Shown here piece after piece: positions 28,874 through 45,760 of a DNA stretch of 64,000 nt. A model generated the notes under the pieces. That model saw nothing but the letters and a program-made list of their open reading frames with translations. It was not told where the DNA came from and made no database searches. Positions within the stretch are counted from its first letter, which is position 1. Each line of letters begins with the position of its first letter. The DNA is from the human T2T-CHM13v2.0 reference genome, Homo sapiens: the NCBI RefSeq assembly GCF_009914755.1, contig NC_060925.1; one strand, given 5' to 3'. Position numbers and translations under genes: made by a program.

Positions 28874-31060
28874 AATTATAGTAAACAGGAGCAAATTCTG
28901 ATAACAATGTTTGTCACCATTAAAAATAAGCTTTTAGAGACAGTCACACTCTCTGTAAAGGAATTTTTTAAGTATTTCTACAAAATGTATGGATTCTCCA
29001 CAGTTTGATCCACTTAGTCTGCTTGGCTAACAAGGATATGAAATGGGCCCTTATGTCATTAGTAAAAGATATAAATTCATTCTTCTCCTGACCTTAGTTA
29101 ATAGTTGGTTAGAAAAAGATAAGTTTCCAACTGCCGGGTGGTAATGATATGCATGCTGAAGGCACACGTGTCAGAAAACCAAACAATTTCACGACTACCT
29201 GCACACTTTCAGCTGGTAAGTTATGCATATTGTCAGTTTAACCAAGACTAAGCCAAAGAGAATTTCTTGAACATTCCCACTTTTCTTTGGCACATCAAAA
29301 GGCAACAAATGCCATTTTCTCCAGTGTTTACATGTCCAGTATAGAAAAAAAAGACCAATTCTCCATCTATATGCCAAGCATGAAATAAAAAGCATAAATA
29401 TGGTCCGGGCTAAGTCACCTGGGTGGGGCCCATCCAAGGGAGAGTTTGATGTTTCCTTGCATGGAAAGTTCCTGCCGCCAATGGCACTGCACTGTGATTA
29501 TCTTAGCTAGTAAGATTCAAGAAAAATGGAAATATTTGTGAAGAGGTGACCTCTCCCTCACCTCCACACTTTGCCTCTTTTCCCTTTTCTCCCAAAATAA
29601 GAGACTTTAAACAGCAAGCACTTAAAATAGCTTTTAGCCTTGCTTTAGTATAAGGTCCAGGGTACCATATGGTTTGGCCATTGGAAGAAAGCTGAAACAC
29701 AGGCCTTTGTGGGTGTTAAAATTCAAGTAGCCGTTTCTAGCACTTTTCTCATACATTCTTTAAAACAACAAACTATGGACTTTCCCATGGGACAGTTTCA
29801 GGTGATCCCCCTTTGTGAATGAAGGACCACTTCAGAGTTTGGGGGAAACGCGAAGATTTTAGTGACTTACCAGGGATCTGGTAAGATCAGGGAGAGCCCC
29901 TCTCCCCTTTTCCAGCTGGACACTGAAACTGAAGCCTGTGAAATGGACCCAGCAATGAGGCAGTGCTTACCAGGTTCTCCAAGGCCACCCCAGCCCAAAC
30001 GCGGAAAGAGTCCTGATCAGCCTGACTCCATTTCAGCTCAGACACTGCCCTGCCAGTTTGTACTTCCCTTAATCACCACGTCCTCACTCTGGACACCGTA
30101 TCGGGATGTGAGGCAGGGAACCTATTCACAGCTCCAAAGAGGCCTGGTCCCCTGTTTGGATCTCCCCAAAGGGTACTTACTTGTTTTCTCCGCTCTTTGA
30201 GATTTTTGCTTAATTTCAAATTTCCAAAATATGCCATAAGTGAACACTAAAAATGTTGGAACACTATGGCTACTCTACTATGCTTGGGCAGGGAAAATTA
30301 ACAGCTGATAAACTGTGAGTACAAAGGATGCCAAAGTTCATTCTGAGTTTTAATATCATCTAGATAAAAAACAAGAAAAGCAGCAAGTCTACACCTCAGC
30401 GCTCTCTCCAAGTGACACACCCACTCACATCTGCACACACGTTACTCACACTCATACACACTCTGTCACCCTCACATACATTCACATTTACTCACATGTC
30501 CTCTAGGCCACACACATGAACACCCACACGCAGAGATGCCCCAGTACGTTTGGACACACATAGCAGAGGCTCACCCCCAGAGCTTACATGAGAACAAGAG
30601 AACACGCCTTTCTAGCCTCACACTACTCAGCACTAGAATCTACTGGTCCAACAAGGCTAGTCTCATTAGAATGCCGTAAACTTACCCTGCAAATCAGTGT
30701 TGGCCAGTCTCTGTGTTTTTTGTGGATGAATCCCCCAAATGATTTCATTCATCTTTCAAAGCTCAGCACCAATCCAATCTCCCTCATAAAGTCTTCCTCA
30801 ACTACTATTAATACCTCACCTCTATGAAAGGCAGAGTGGCCAGTGGAATGCAGCTCACAAGCAAAACTGGGGACCCGCTGCTAGAGCCCGGTGCCTTCCT
30901 GTCTGCAGCCTGGAGGCGGCTTTGACTGGCTCACTGAGTCTCCCAGCCCTTGGCACAGAACAGGCCCTTCGTCAACAATGAACCTTCTCATTGACTCTTA
31001 AGAAGCTGTGACTTTATTCTGTAGGTAATGGAAATTCAGTGGACACTTCTAAGAAGATTA

Positions 31061-31303
31061 ACCCTGGGAGCTAAGTGATGAGAACTTATGAACACAAAGA
31101 AGGAAACAGAAGTCACTGGGGTCTACAGGGTGGAGGGTGGAAGGTGGGAGGAAGGAGAGGAGAAGACAAGATAACTGTTGGGTACTGGGCTTGATACCTG
31201 GGTGATGAAATAATATGGACAACAAACCCCTGTGACACATCTCTACCTATGTGACATGTCTTTACCTATGTTACCTATTTAACAAATAAAAGTTAAAAAA
31301 AAA
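31061..31303 (+). mobile_element. 5'-truncated L1PA (older L1PA13-16-like) 3' end
   Basis: GGGAGCTAA...GGGTACTGGGCTT...AACAAACCCCTGTGACAC...AATAAAAG polyA; AAGAAGATTA/AAGAAAATTA TSD. Confidence 0.85.
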
Positions 31304-32015
31304 GAAAATTACAGAACACTGCTGGAAGAAATATTTAAATATTTAAAAAGATTAACACAATCAAATCTGTGTCATAGGAAAAACAAGTTTGGCAGTGGGG
31401 GTGGGAGGGGCTAGATTCAAAGGGAGAAAAGCTAGAGGCAGGGAGACGGACAGTTATTACATTTCTGCATGGGTTCAGTTTGTCAGCGGGCTCATGAGCT
31501 GCTAGCTCCAGAAGATGCCTGAGACCCCACGTAGTCCAATTTCTTCACCTACAGCTGAGAAAACTGAGGTGGGGAGAAGAGAAGACACAGCACGTTCTAG
31601 CAAAAAGTCAACAAAGACATGTAGCAAAACCAGACCTTTGCTACCCAACCTCAAGGCACATACGCCACAGTGGAGGATCAAGGCAGAGACATAGGCAGCA
31701 GAAGAAAGATCCAGAACATAACAGGACCTAATTACTTCCAACATGAGTGACAAAGACCATAAACCCCAAAGGAATTGCAGCGAGGGAAGCATCAGCACAA
31801 GCTGAGAGACACGGAGTGGAATTTGTACTGGAAAATGCATGTCCAGGAATTGTGAGTAGGCGTTGGGGGACCCCTCAGGAGTCCACCCAACTGACGGAAG
31901 AGAGTTAACATGGGATACATGTGGTTGGACACATGGGATGCAGCAGGGGTAGCTCACGGAGGGCACTGAACCTCAAACTAATGAATCTGGACCAGACTTA
32001 ATTGGCAAAATATAG

Positions 32016-32809
<794 letters not shown>

Positions 32810-32944
32810 AGTGTTCTTGAATATAAGAACAGCTGGATTAAATTTGTATCTTAGGAAGATTTCATCAGTCAGCCTTCAGTATGATTTAGAGAGGAGAGTA
32901 GAGTTGGAATGACAGTTTTGAAGCTCATGTAAAAAGTCAGTGTA

Positions 32945-33104
32945 TCTATCATTGTGCATTGAATAATCCCATAACTTAGTGGCTTAAAACAATAATCAGT
33001 GACTTGTATCTCTCAAAGTTTCTGTGGATCAGGAAGTCAGGAATGGCTTGGCAAGGGTAGTCCTGGCTCAGTCATGAGCTGGAGGCTTCAAGCAAATGTC
33101 AGCC
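32945..33104 (-). mobile_element. MLT1-type LTR fragment
   Basis: AACTTAGTGGCTTAAAACAA...TTTCTGTGGATCAGGAA. Confidence 0.65.
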
Positions 33105-33179
33105 CCTGACCGCAAGTAACTTACCCGCCTCGGCCTCCCAAAGTGCTGGGGTTACAGGCATGAGCCACCACGCCCGGCC
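33105..33179 (-). mobile_element. Alu 5' fragment (~75 bp)
   Basis: CCCGCCTCGGCCTCCCAAAGTGCTGG...CACGCCCGGCC with no body or tail. Confidence 0.85.
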
Positions 33180-33744
33180 TCCCTGCTTTATTATCTCCAT
33201 TTTGTAACTGACAGACACTAATCCAAAAACCTCAGAGCTGAGGAAGCACAACCTTCAGACCAACTCTCAGAAGCAGGGCGGAATGAGAAAGACACAGAAC
33301 AGTACAATGTTTGAATCATGATGAAGCCTTTCAACAGCATCATCCAGGCTCATCCTTCACTAAACCTCCCTACCTGCCTCCTGCCCCATCCCTTCATTTA
33401 GAGCTGGGTTCCTGCTGTGGGCAAACATCTACTAGGGCCTGTATGGGAGTAAAGCAGACCTCAGTTAGGGAGGCCAGCAGCAGAAAAACTCGACTTTCAC
33501 TTTGGGTTTCTGTTTGACTCTTGAAAGCCACATCACCAGGCCTCTTATGCAGCTAGGAGCTATGAAGGTGCAGGGAAAGAGCAAGATCAGGGAGGGCAGC
33601 TCACAGAAAGCCTGTGCCTACCCACGTAACTGAATTCTGCCACTTCATGGATACTGTGAAAGAACGCTCCACTTAAAGAGAGTCACTACACAGATACCCT
33701 AACCTGTAAAACACAATAACTGGGAACCAATCAGCAAAAAGGTT

Positions 33745-34410
33745 TTTGTATTTTTTATTGACGTATCACAGTTGTACATATTTATGGGGTGTATGTGATA
33801 TTTTGATACCTGTATACAATGTGTAATGATCAAATCAGAGTAATTGGAATACCCCTCACCTCAAACATTTCTTTGTGTTGGGAACATTATATTTTTTTCT
33901 TCTAGTTTTTCTTTTGAAATATACAATAAGTTATATTGTTTTATTTTGTTTTTGTTTTTTGTTTTCATTTTTGTTTTTTGAAACAAGGTATCACTCTGTC
34001 ACCCACGCTAGAGTGCAGTGGTACAATCAGGGTTCACTGCATCCTCAACCTCCTGGGCTCAAGCGATCCTCCCACTCCAGTCTCTCAAGTAGCTAGGACT
34101 ATAGGCATGTGCCACCACACCCAGCTAGTTTTTCTGGAGACAAGTTTTCCCCATGTTGCCCAGGCTGGTCTTGAATTCCTTGCTTCAAGTAATTCACCCA
34201 CCTCAGCGTCCCCAAGTGCTGGGATTACAGGCATGAGCCACCATGCTTGGCTTACAATAAACTACTGTTAAGTATAACTTCTCTGCTGTACTATTGAATA
34301 CGAGAACTTATTTCTTCTATCCGACTGTATTTTTGTACCCCTTAACCTACTTCTCTTCATCCCTACAGCCCCCTTCTCTTCCCAGCCTCTGATAACCACC
34401 ATTCCATTTC
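33745..34410 (-). mobile_element. L1MA 3' end interrupted by AluJ (33938-34252, -)
   Basis: GTACATATTTATGGGG...AATGTGTAATGATCAAATCAG; TACAATAA TSD around the Alu. Confidence 0.8.
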
Positions 34411-34829
34411 CAAAAAGTCTTTAAGGGGATGAAAATAAAAGGTGGGAAAAGATGAGCCCAAACTGGAAAACTGGGATAACAATCTCAACCTTTAACAAAA
34501 TAGAATTCAAGTTAAAAAGAATCATAGGTTACTGGCAAAAAGAATCATACAGCCAAAAGATATAATCACCTAAATTCAAAACCATATATCCTCAAAATAC
34601 ATGAAGCAAGGGTAAATCAACAGTTGTGGGTGAAGACTTAGCACACCTTTCTCAAACACTAATGGCTTGAGCAGATAAAAATTATAAACAAAGATATAGA
34701 GTATGCTTGAACTATGAGTTATATACAGGACTCAATGTCTAACAAAGAGAAGATACACATTCTTTTCAGGCATACATAGGATGTTTCTAAAAACTGACTA
34801 TGTACCTCAATGATCAATTCTAAAGAATC

Positions 34830-34834
<5 letters not shown>

Positions 34835-34872
<38 letters not shown>
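34835..34872. repeat. (TA)n microsatellite
   Basis: About 19 TA units. Confidence 0.95.
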
Positions 34873-34876
<4 letters not shown>

Positions 34877-34951
34877 CCATGTATTCTCTGACCACATAAC
34901 AATAAAATTAGAAATCAATATCAAAAAAGTATCTTTTTGAAATACCATATC

Positions 34952-35392
34952 CAACTAACCCTTAAATAACATGGGAGTTAGGAACATTGACCCCCCGCTC
35001 AGTCAAAAATTCACATACAACTTTTGACTCCCTCCAAAAGCTTTACTAATAGCCTACAGTTGACAGGAACATCACCGATAACACAAATAGTTGATTAACA
35101 CATACTGTGTATGTTATATGTATTATATACATTATTCTTACAATAAAGAAAGCTAGAGCAAAGCAAATATTATTAAGAAAATTCTAAGAAAGAGAAAATA
35201 CATTTTCTATTGATTAAGTGGAAGCAGATCATCATCAAAGTCTTCATCCTCATCGTCTTCACATTGAGTAGCTGGGGAGGAGGAGGAAGAGGAAGAGTTG
35301 GTCTTGCTGTCTCAGGGGTGGCAGAGGCAGAAGAAACCTCCAGTAGAAGTGGACCCGTGCAATTCAAATCTTTGTTGTTTAAGGGTCAACTA
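34952..35392. mobile_element. Tigger2a-like MITE
   Basis: Homologous to 14348-14847; ends AAGGGTCAACTA. Confidence 0.85.
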
Positions 35393-36226
35393 TGTCTGGA
35401 AACCAATTAACATGCTAACAAATATATTTACATTAAAATAAACTAATAGGAAAATTATAAAATAAATAACAATGAAAACACTGCCAAGCAAAACCTGGGG
35501 TGCCAGGCCCAGATGGTTACCTAGGTAATCTCTACCAAAATTTCAAAGAATAAATAATATGCTACATAATCTTACTGACTCTAATAGCGTATTAAGAAAA
35601 ATTACAACCAATTAGTATTCAGCTCAGGAAGGCAAGAATGGTTCCATGGAAAACATTTGTCAATGTAGTTAACATTGCTAGAATAAGGGAGAACAATTCT
35701 ATGATTATCTCAATTTCTACAGAAGAGACACTCGGTAAAGTTTAATAACTATGTATTAAGGTGGGGGAAATCTCTTAACAAATTGAAGAAACCAAAGATA
35801 GAAAGGGAATGCCTTAACTTAGAAAAGGTTATACATCAGAAAACTTACAGCAAATACTCTGCTAAGGGAGAAGCTTGACCCTCACTCCCTTTAATTGTGA
35901 AAGCAAGACCATGCTCTTCCGTCCAGGACTGCCCTTTAACATAGTCCTGAAGGGCTCAGCCAACAGTGCAAGAAATAAAAAGGAAAGAGCAGAAGAGTGG
36001 GAGGGGAAAAGACAAAAATATCATAATTTGCAGACTGTAGGATCATCTATAATAAAAAAACAAATGGAGTTTATAAAGATCATTGAAGACCAGAAAAACT
36101 TAAAAAAAATCATTTGTAGCATTTCCCTTTACCATCAAAAGTCAATAAGAGAATGATAATAAGATGGTGACTCACAATAGTGACAAAAATTATCTTGTAT
36201 CCAGGAATTTAATTATGGAATACTTA

Positions 36227-36571
<345 letters not shown>

Positions 36572-38307
36572 TTAAAGGACATTGTTTTAAAGATCTGAAT
36601 AGAGGAACATTTCACACTCTCAGCTGGGTTAGTGTAATAGTATAAAGATATCTATTCTTCCTCAAACTGATGTATAAATTTAATGCTGCACCAATCAAAA
36701 TTAATGCCAAACTTCTTGAGGAATTTGATAAGCTCACTCTAAAATGTATATGGAAGAATAATGTCCATATATAGCTATCTATTTTGAAAAAGAAGAGCAG
36801 AGAGAGGCTTGACCTACTAGATATTACCACTTTCCCTAAAACCACACTAATTAATAGCATGACAATGGCTCTGCAGCAACAGCCACAGTACTGAGCTCAG
36901 ACACAGGCCCAGGTGTGATTGGGGCTATGATAAAAGCAGCTCCACAATCACTGAGGGAAGAACAGGCTATCTAGGATGGGGTTGGGAAAACTCACTTGCT
37001 ACGTGGCAAAAAATAAAAGCAGATGTCTAAAGCCATGTATAACAGTGGAATCCAGATGGGATCCCACCCAAATGTGGAAGGCTGGATTACAAGTTTAATA
37101 GAAGATGATGTAAGAGAATAACTTTGTGACTTAGGAGTGAAGAGGAACAACTTAAAAAGAATCCCCAAAACAGAATGAAACAGAAATTAAATACTGATTA
37201 ATAACATTGGAATTTAGCAGTTCTTTTCAACCAAGAACCCCAGGACAGAGTTAATATTTTGTACTTATTTAACAAACATTCATATATACTATGCATCAAG
37301 CTTTACTATGTGTTCCTGGGTGCTTTAAAATATCAACCGATTCAATATTCTTAGCAACCCCATGAGGTGGGTACCATAAGGTGCTGAGATGCACAGAGGT
37401 TAATCTGCCTAGGGTCCCATAGGTAACAGGCACAGCCAGAATTCAAACTCAGGTCTTTAGAGCCAAGTTCTGAACCACTGACCTACAGGGCCATGCCACA
37501 GAGTGGTGACAGATTGGGACAAGATATGTGCTATATCCAAAACAAAGAAGGACACAAATTTAGAATGTACAAAGAACTTCTGTAAATCAACAGCGTAAAA
37601 CAGAGAAGCCCAATAGAAAAAAAAGGGTGCCAAGTGTATGAACAGGCAATTTACAGGAGAGGAGATACAAAGGACTGCTGACAAGCCTTCAGAAGAGAAA
37701 TTTAAACTCATTATTATCAGAAAAATAAAAATAAAACAACAAAACATCACATTACACCTAAGAGATTGGCAACAAGTCAAAAGCTGGGCATGAGGCTCCA
37801 GGAGGCTAATTGCATTGCTGGGGCAGGGATGGAGTGGACGGGTGCAGCCACTCTGGGGAGCAACTTGGTGGTTGTTATTCTATCTGGGTATACTCATACT
37901 TCATGACTCAGCAATCCAGCTCATTCATATGTATATTTATGTATGCAGGTATTCAGGAGCTGGATATATATGTAAATCTTCCAGGGAAGTTCTCACAGAT
38001 GTCCTAGAGGGGAATGAATGTGTGAATGTTCTCATCCCAGTTTGGTCCTGGTACTGGGGAGTTGAGGGGGACCTAGATACCTGTTTCTAGGTGAAGCAAC
38101 GTATACCATGTGGTGGGTACTCACTGTGGAATCCTATGCAGTGGTGTGAAACCACACACTGGGTGTACACACAAAAACACAGACAGAGAAACATTGTGCT
38201 GAGTAAAAAAGGAAACAGAATTACATCTATAGCACATTACTATTTATGTAAATTGAAAAGCACACACACAAAATTACAGTATGTGTTTTATAAAATATAT
38301 TTATTGT

Positions 38308-38601
38308 CTTTTTTTTTTTTTTTTGAGCTAGGGTCTTGCTCCGTCTCCCAGGCTAAAGTACAATCATGGTTCACTGCAGCCTTGACTTCCTGGGCTAAAG
38401 TGATCCTCCCACCTCAACCTCCCCAAGTACTTGGAACTACAGCCACATGCCACCATGCCTGGCTAATTTTTAAAAGATTTTTTTAGAGATAGTATCTTGC
38501 TGTGTTGCCCAGGCTGGTCTCAAACTCCTGGCTTCAAGCGATCCTCCCTCCTCAGCTTCTCCAAGTACTGAGATTACAGGTGTGAGCCACCGATCCTGGC
38601 C
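38308..38601 (-). mobile_element. AluJ
   Basis: Antisense dimer. Confidence 0.85.
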
Positions 38602-40287
38602 TATAAACTATATCAATATTTGTACTGATGTAAAGTTTATGCATAAACTATATTGTTTTTAAACTAAATGTTTGTTTACAAATGAAAAGATGGATACAGA
38701 CATAGATCCAACATGAGGAATGGTTGCCCATGAAGGAAAGAAAATGAGAGTGGAAACACCTCTAAAAAGGAATGAATAAATTAAAATTAGAAACCAGGGT
38801 GGAATCTTGTGCAGAACAATGATGATTAATGTGCCCTGAGCCAAGAAGTATGATTAACTCAGCCCTCCATGTCATGTCTGAGTCAAAAAAAGTGTCCACA
38901 ATTATGAAACACAATGATTAGGAAATGATCTTTTTTTTTTTTTTTTTACACAATGGTGTCATCTATCATAGCGTCTCTTTAAACCACAATGTTTCCTTAT
39001 CTCTTTAGACTATTTTGTTTTTTAAAAAGTAAGTTTCCAATTAAACTATTAAATAATGCATCTGTCATACAGGGCTACACCCATATGCCTTTAATATATA
39101 TATAATATATATACATAAATCAGACATGTTTTCTATCTTTGTCCTAAACAGGTACTTTGGTCTAATTTTTAGAGGAATTGGTCTCCAAACAAGTCCCTCA
39201 GAACTAGTCATGACAATCTACTGGAGATGGAAAGAGATCTTAGAAATTCAATCCTACCTAGTGAAGAAATTAAGTTCTAGCTGTTTCCTGTGTGACTGCT
39301 GCTGCTCTTCCTTTCTCTACACATCAGCTGTGCATGGCCCCCAGGTTGGGCGCCATGCACAGCTATCCTGGGGGTCTGGATGGTGGTGGCCTGTGGCTCT
39401 CATTTTTTCACTCCTTCACTCCTTCCACTGCTGCTGTGTGAGGCAGTTACCTGTGTCCATTTAGACTGTCTAGTTTTAACCAGATTCATGCTTACAAAAC
39501 AGGCATAAAAGATTCCTGCAAAGAAACTGCAGAGGGAAAATAAAGTTAACCAAGAAAGCCAGCTGATCCAGCAGAAAGGAGCAATGGTGGCCTTTTCCCT
39601 ACTCCTGACACAAGCTCTTCAACAGCCATGATAACAGATAAAACAATGGCAATCGAATCAGACCAGGCGAACATTCAGCCACAAACACTGAAACCATCAA
39701 GAAGATGTAAAGACTGGATTTATAGCCACTATCAATCTCTCTTATGTGTGTGTTGTGCCGTGACAGTGGCTAATGATAGCATAAACCATCCAGACATTGA
39801 CAGGCTAAACGAGAACATGCATAAAAGGACAGACCTTTACAGGTTCTTCAGCAATGGTTAAAGTGAGGAAATGTTTAATTAATCCACCACTTTGAAAGCT
39901 CACTGCACTTAACAACAAATTTAAAAACTTCTTTCACATCTTCTCACTTCATAACAGTAGACTAAAAACATCACTTAACATTTGGGAAATGCACAATTTT
40001 TTCCCTACTAGGGAATTAGATTTCCTTGCTAGAGAAAAAAAAAATGGCTGAAATAAAATACGAAAAACAACTTAGCAACAGACTAAAATGTAATCCTTTG
40101 TTAATAGCTACTATTGAAAGACACATGTTCAAATGTTGGTGAGCATTTGAAGAAGCAAGCATTAGAATACGTTGTGTAGCCAGAGAGGTTTATTATACAA
40201 GAGGAAAGTAAGGATGTCCCCAACAGGTCTAGGCTTATAGCATTTGTTAGGTTCTGTATGGATGGTGAAATATAGCTTTTTCGTTCT

Positions 40288-40727
<440 letters not shown>

Positions 40728-41026
40728 AGAAATATATCTTAAAATCTCCTTTTTTGTGAACCACTAAAAGATGCCCCGGAGAAGATGCACTCAACATTAA
40801 ATAACAATTTGAATAAAAATAGTGCCTCACAAGAAGACTGCAAGGTGCAGCCACAGAGGGAGTTGCTGCTTTCACTCGAACTTTCTTCTTTAAGTACAAG
40901 AAATTATGGGATTAGGTTTACAAATAAACTCCTCCCTTGAAATTCATTTGCAGAAAAGTTACTGTGGCATACAAGTTGACCACAATGCAACAAGTGCTGC
41001 CGAATGTCACCAATGTGGTTAGTTTT

Positions 41027-41058
<32 letters not shown>

Positions 41059-41062
41059 TCTC

Positions 41063-41393
<331 letters not shown>

Positions 41394-41796
41394 TCATTCC
41401 AGATAGTCATGAAATTTTTATAGCACAAGGGTTGCCTCGTGGCCAAATACTTAAAAACCTCATCAAAACCAATCATTTCTATTGTACAAGATGTTCCAAG
41501 TTGGCTGATAACGTTTCATGATGACACGTGGCATTCAACAATCTGCTTCCCAGCGGATATTATTAAGACATCTCAATAAATTTTTACAACATTCACAGTC
41601 TTCAAGGTAAAGGTAAAGTTTTAACAGGAGTGAGAGAATAAGCCTTTTAGAAAGAAAGGTGTGTACTGGAGAAGGCATTTTTAAAACATGTGTTTAAAAA
41701 TGTTTCCATCATTATATAACTTCATTCCTAAAAACCGTTAAGTGTGACACCAACAATAACCCTCATTTCTACAGGCTTTAAAAACTTAGTAGCACC

Positions 41797-42762
41797 AGGA
41801 AAATAAAAAGACAACCCAAAGAATGGGAAAAATATCTGTAAATCATTTATTTGATAAGGGACTTGTATCTAGAAAATACTAAGAACTCTTACAACCCAAT
41901 AATTAAAAAGATGAACAATCCAATTAAATATGGGCAAAGGATTTAAATAGATATTTTTCCACAGAATATATAAATGACCAATAAGGTCATGAAAACATGT
42001 TCAACATCATTATTCATTAGGAAATGCAAATCAAAACCACGATGATATAACACACACCTACTAGGATGACTATAATAAAAAAAAACAAGTATTGAAGAAG
42101 TGAAAAAACTGGGAGGCTCATACATTGCTAGCAGGAAAGTAAAATGATACAGCCACTTTGAAAAAGTCTGGTGGTTCCTCAAAAGAATAAACATAGAGTT
42201 TCCATACAACCCAGCAATTCCACTCATAGGTATATGTACAAAGAAATGAAAACATACAACCATGTAAAAGATTGCACATGAAGGTTTATAGCAGCATTAT
42301 TCATAATGGCCCAAAGTGGAAACACTCCAAATGCCCATCAGCTGATAATGGATAAATAAAACATAGTATATCCATACAATGAAATATGAATTGGCCCTAC
42401 AGATGAAGAGAGTACTCACATATGATACAACACAGATGAACCTTGAAAACATTATGCTAATGAAAGAAGCCAGTCACAAAAGACCACATGTTATTCCATT
42501 TATATGAAATATCTGGAATAGGTAAGTCCATAGAGACAGAAAGTGCATTAGTGGTTGTTTAGGGGAGCTGGGGACAGGGGGAATGTGAGACGTAAATGCT
42601 AAGGGTGAGGGTTTCTTTCTGGGGTGATGAAATGTTTTAAAACTGATTATAGTGATGGTCACAAAACTCAGTAAATATACTAAAAGCCACTGAATTGTAC
42701 ATTTTAAATGGGTGAATTGTATCATTTGTGAACTATATCTCGAAAAGCTTCTACCAAAAAAA
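41797..42762 (+). mobile_element. L1MB-type 3' fragment
   Basis: ORF2 C-terminus and 3' UTR motifs (CCCAGCAATTCCACTC; GGGGTGATGAAATGTT). Confidence 0.85.
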
Positions 42763-42883
42763 TCCTTAAAAACAGAACTTTCCAACCTGTTTTTAAAATT
42801 TCCAAACAATGTATACATAAAGACAATTCAATTAATTTGTAAGAACTTCACTGATGAATGCAAAGAAGGTAGAGACTTAGTTA

Positions 42884-43528
<645 letters not shown>

Positions 43529-45296
43529 TAGTAATGAGGCTTAGTGAAGGCTTAGTACATCCCATCAACCATGTGTGGCTTCTACTTGGATCCAGTGTAT
43601 CTTCTTTAAGGGTGGCAACCGTTAAACCCAAATATTCAAATAACTAGACTTAATCCAGGCCTTTGAATCACCACATTACCCAGAGTTGAGTCAGGATTTT
43701 AGAAGAAAATAAAAGCTATCCAAACACACTTCTTCACTGAGAGGAAACAATTTCTGGACTCTTTCATAAATAAATTATATTTTAAAATATTGTTTATTGC
43801 ATCATTTTAATTTCTGTTTTGTGTATATTTTATCATAGAAAATATACTAACACGGTTGTGTATAAACACAATAAATCATACATCTCCTTTGGGGATGCAT
43901 GTCCCAAACCTTTTTGCTGATACAATCCGAGGCTGTGGAGACCTAGGTTTAGAGGAAGAAGCTGAAGTTGGGAAGTTGGGAACTTCCATCTTTTCCCTTA
44001 CTTCCTGTATGATTCAGAGTAATGGGTGCAAATGTGAGGGGGCTGAGCCACACTCAGGCCACCCTGAGAAGGAGTTTGCAGTGAGGATTGAGGGAGCCCG
44101 GGCCTGGAATACAAGCAGTGGCTGGGGCAGACTGGACTCAGGCCTCACTCTTATGGCCCTCGCAGCTCCATGCCTGCTGTCTGTCATGGTCTGCTTAGGG
44201 ATGCAGAGAGCTGGACGGCTGGTGTAGCTGACGGCCTGTCATCTCTTGAGCAGAACCTGTTAGGCCGTCCAGCCTGCAGTGGGGCACACCTCTGGTTCAG
44301 GTATAGCCACCCCTGTATACAAACACACATACACACGCACACACACACATACTACCTGGAGCTGCTTCCTTCACAGAGCGGGGAGTGAGCTGGAAGCTGG
44401 GGTCAGGCGGTGTCAGTTGGAGAAGGTGGCTCCCACAGCAGGCATTGTGCTTGACAGGTTTCCTACAATAGACAAAAACCATCTGAGGGCTGGCAGGGAC
44501 CCTGAAACAGGCCATGTTCTCCATCTCTGATTTCTACAATTTGGGGATATCACTGCCCACCCTTTCTGGAGCCGTGTGGTCCCATGAGCTTGAGGCAGAA
44601 GGCCTGGAGTCTCGTGCCAGCTCCACTCAAGGAGCTCGGGCTCTCAGCACCTGCAGCTCCTCATGAGCAGAGCACATGGACGCGTCACCAGTCATTACGA
44701 CGATTAAGGGAAAGAGTCATTAAGTGGATCTGAATATTCCTGATATTGCAATACAGACCAGTAGAGCCAATAAACTCCACGGCCTGTGTTCTTCCTAACA
44801 AGCCCCTTTTGTTCAGGATTCAGGGCCTCAATGGAAAAGCATCCAGAAATATCCCATGCCTCCTCAGATCGGTGATACCTCAAATGTTACCTTAAAAACT
44901 ACGTGACAGGTATTCCTGACACCCGAAGGACAGGTACGGCATAGAACTTCAGATTCTCAGAGCTCAAAGGACGCTTGGCCTAATCCTAACTCTCCATTTT
45001 ATGTATAAGGAAATTGGGGTCCCTGGGGAGAAGCAACTTGCCCAAGGACACTTACAGCTGCATGGACATGAAAGATAGTCCTCGTGATACAAGCCAGTGT
45101 TCCCAAAGTGCCCTGCCATTAAACATTATTGGAAAATAACGAAAGAAAACAGCCCTTGCCACATACCACACATTATCTAAAGCAATGTTTCCAAACTGCA
45201 AGTCATAACATTTTCTTGAGAAATCACTTTTGTAGATTGAAACTAGGATTTTATTAACAAAAATATAACATGGAATAGAAAACACCAAAGTGAGTA

Positions 45297-45633
45297 CAGT
45301 CAGTCCTCCACATCTGCAGGTCACACGTCCGTGGATTCAACCAAATAGAGGTCAAAAGTATTGGGAGAATAAACTGTGTCTATACTGAACATGTACAGAT
45401 GTTTTTTCTTGTCATTATTCCCTAAACAATACAGTATAACAATGATTTCCACAGCATTTACATTACATTAGGTATCATAAGTAATCTGGAGGCAATTCAA
45501 AGCATACAGATGGATGCTCATAGGTTACATGCTTCTACTACACCATTTTATAACAGGGACTTGAGCATCCATGGATTTTGGTATCCTCAAGGGATCCTAG
45601 AACCAAATCCCCATGGATACCAAGGAACAACGA
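45297..45633. mobile_element. MER2 (Tigger family) MITE
   Basis: CTTGTCATTATTCCCTAAACAATACAGTATAAC...GGGACTTGAGCATCC...GGATACC. Confidence 0.85.
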
Positions 45634-45709
45634 TACATCATTGAGGATAAGTATTTTTTCCAGAAACTTTTGTTTTGCTTTTACATGCACATATACATAC
45701 AAATGGCAT

Positions 45710-45751
<42 letters not shown>

Positions 45752-45760
45752 ACATACACA
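45710..45760. repeat. (CA)n microsatellite
   Basis: Direct observation. Confidence 0.9.
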
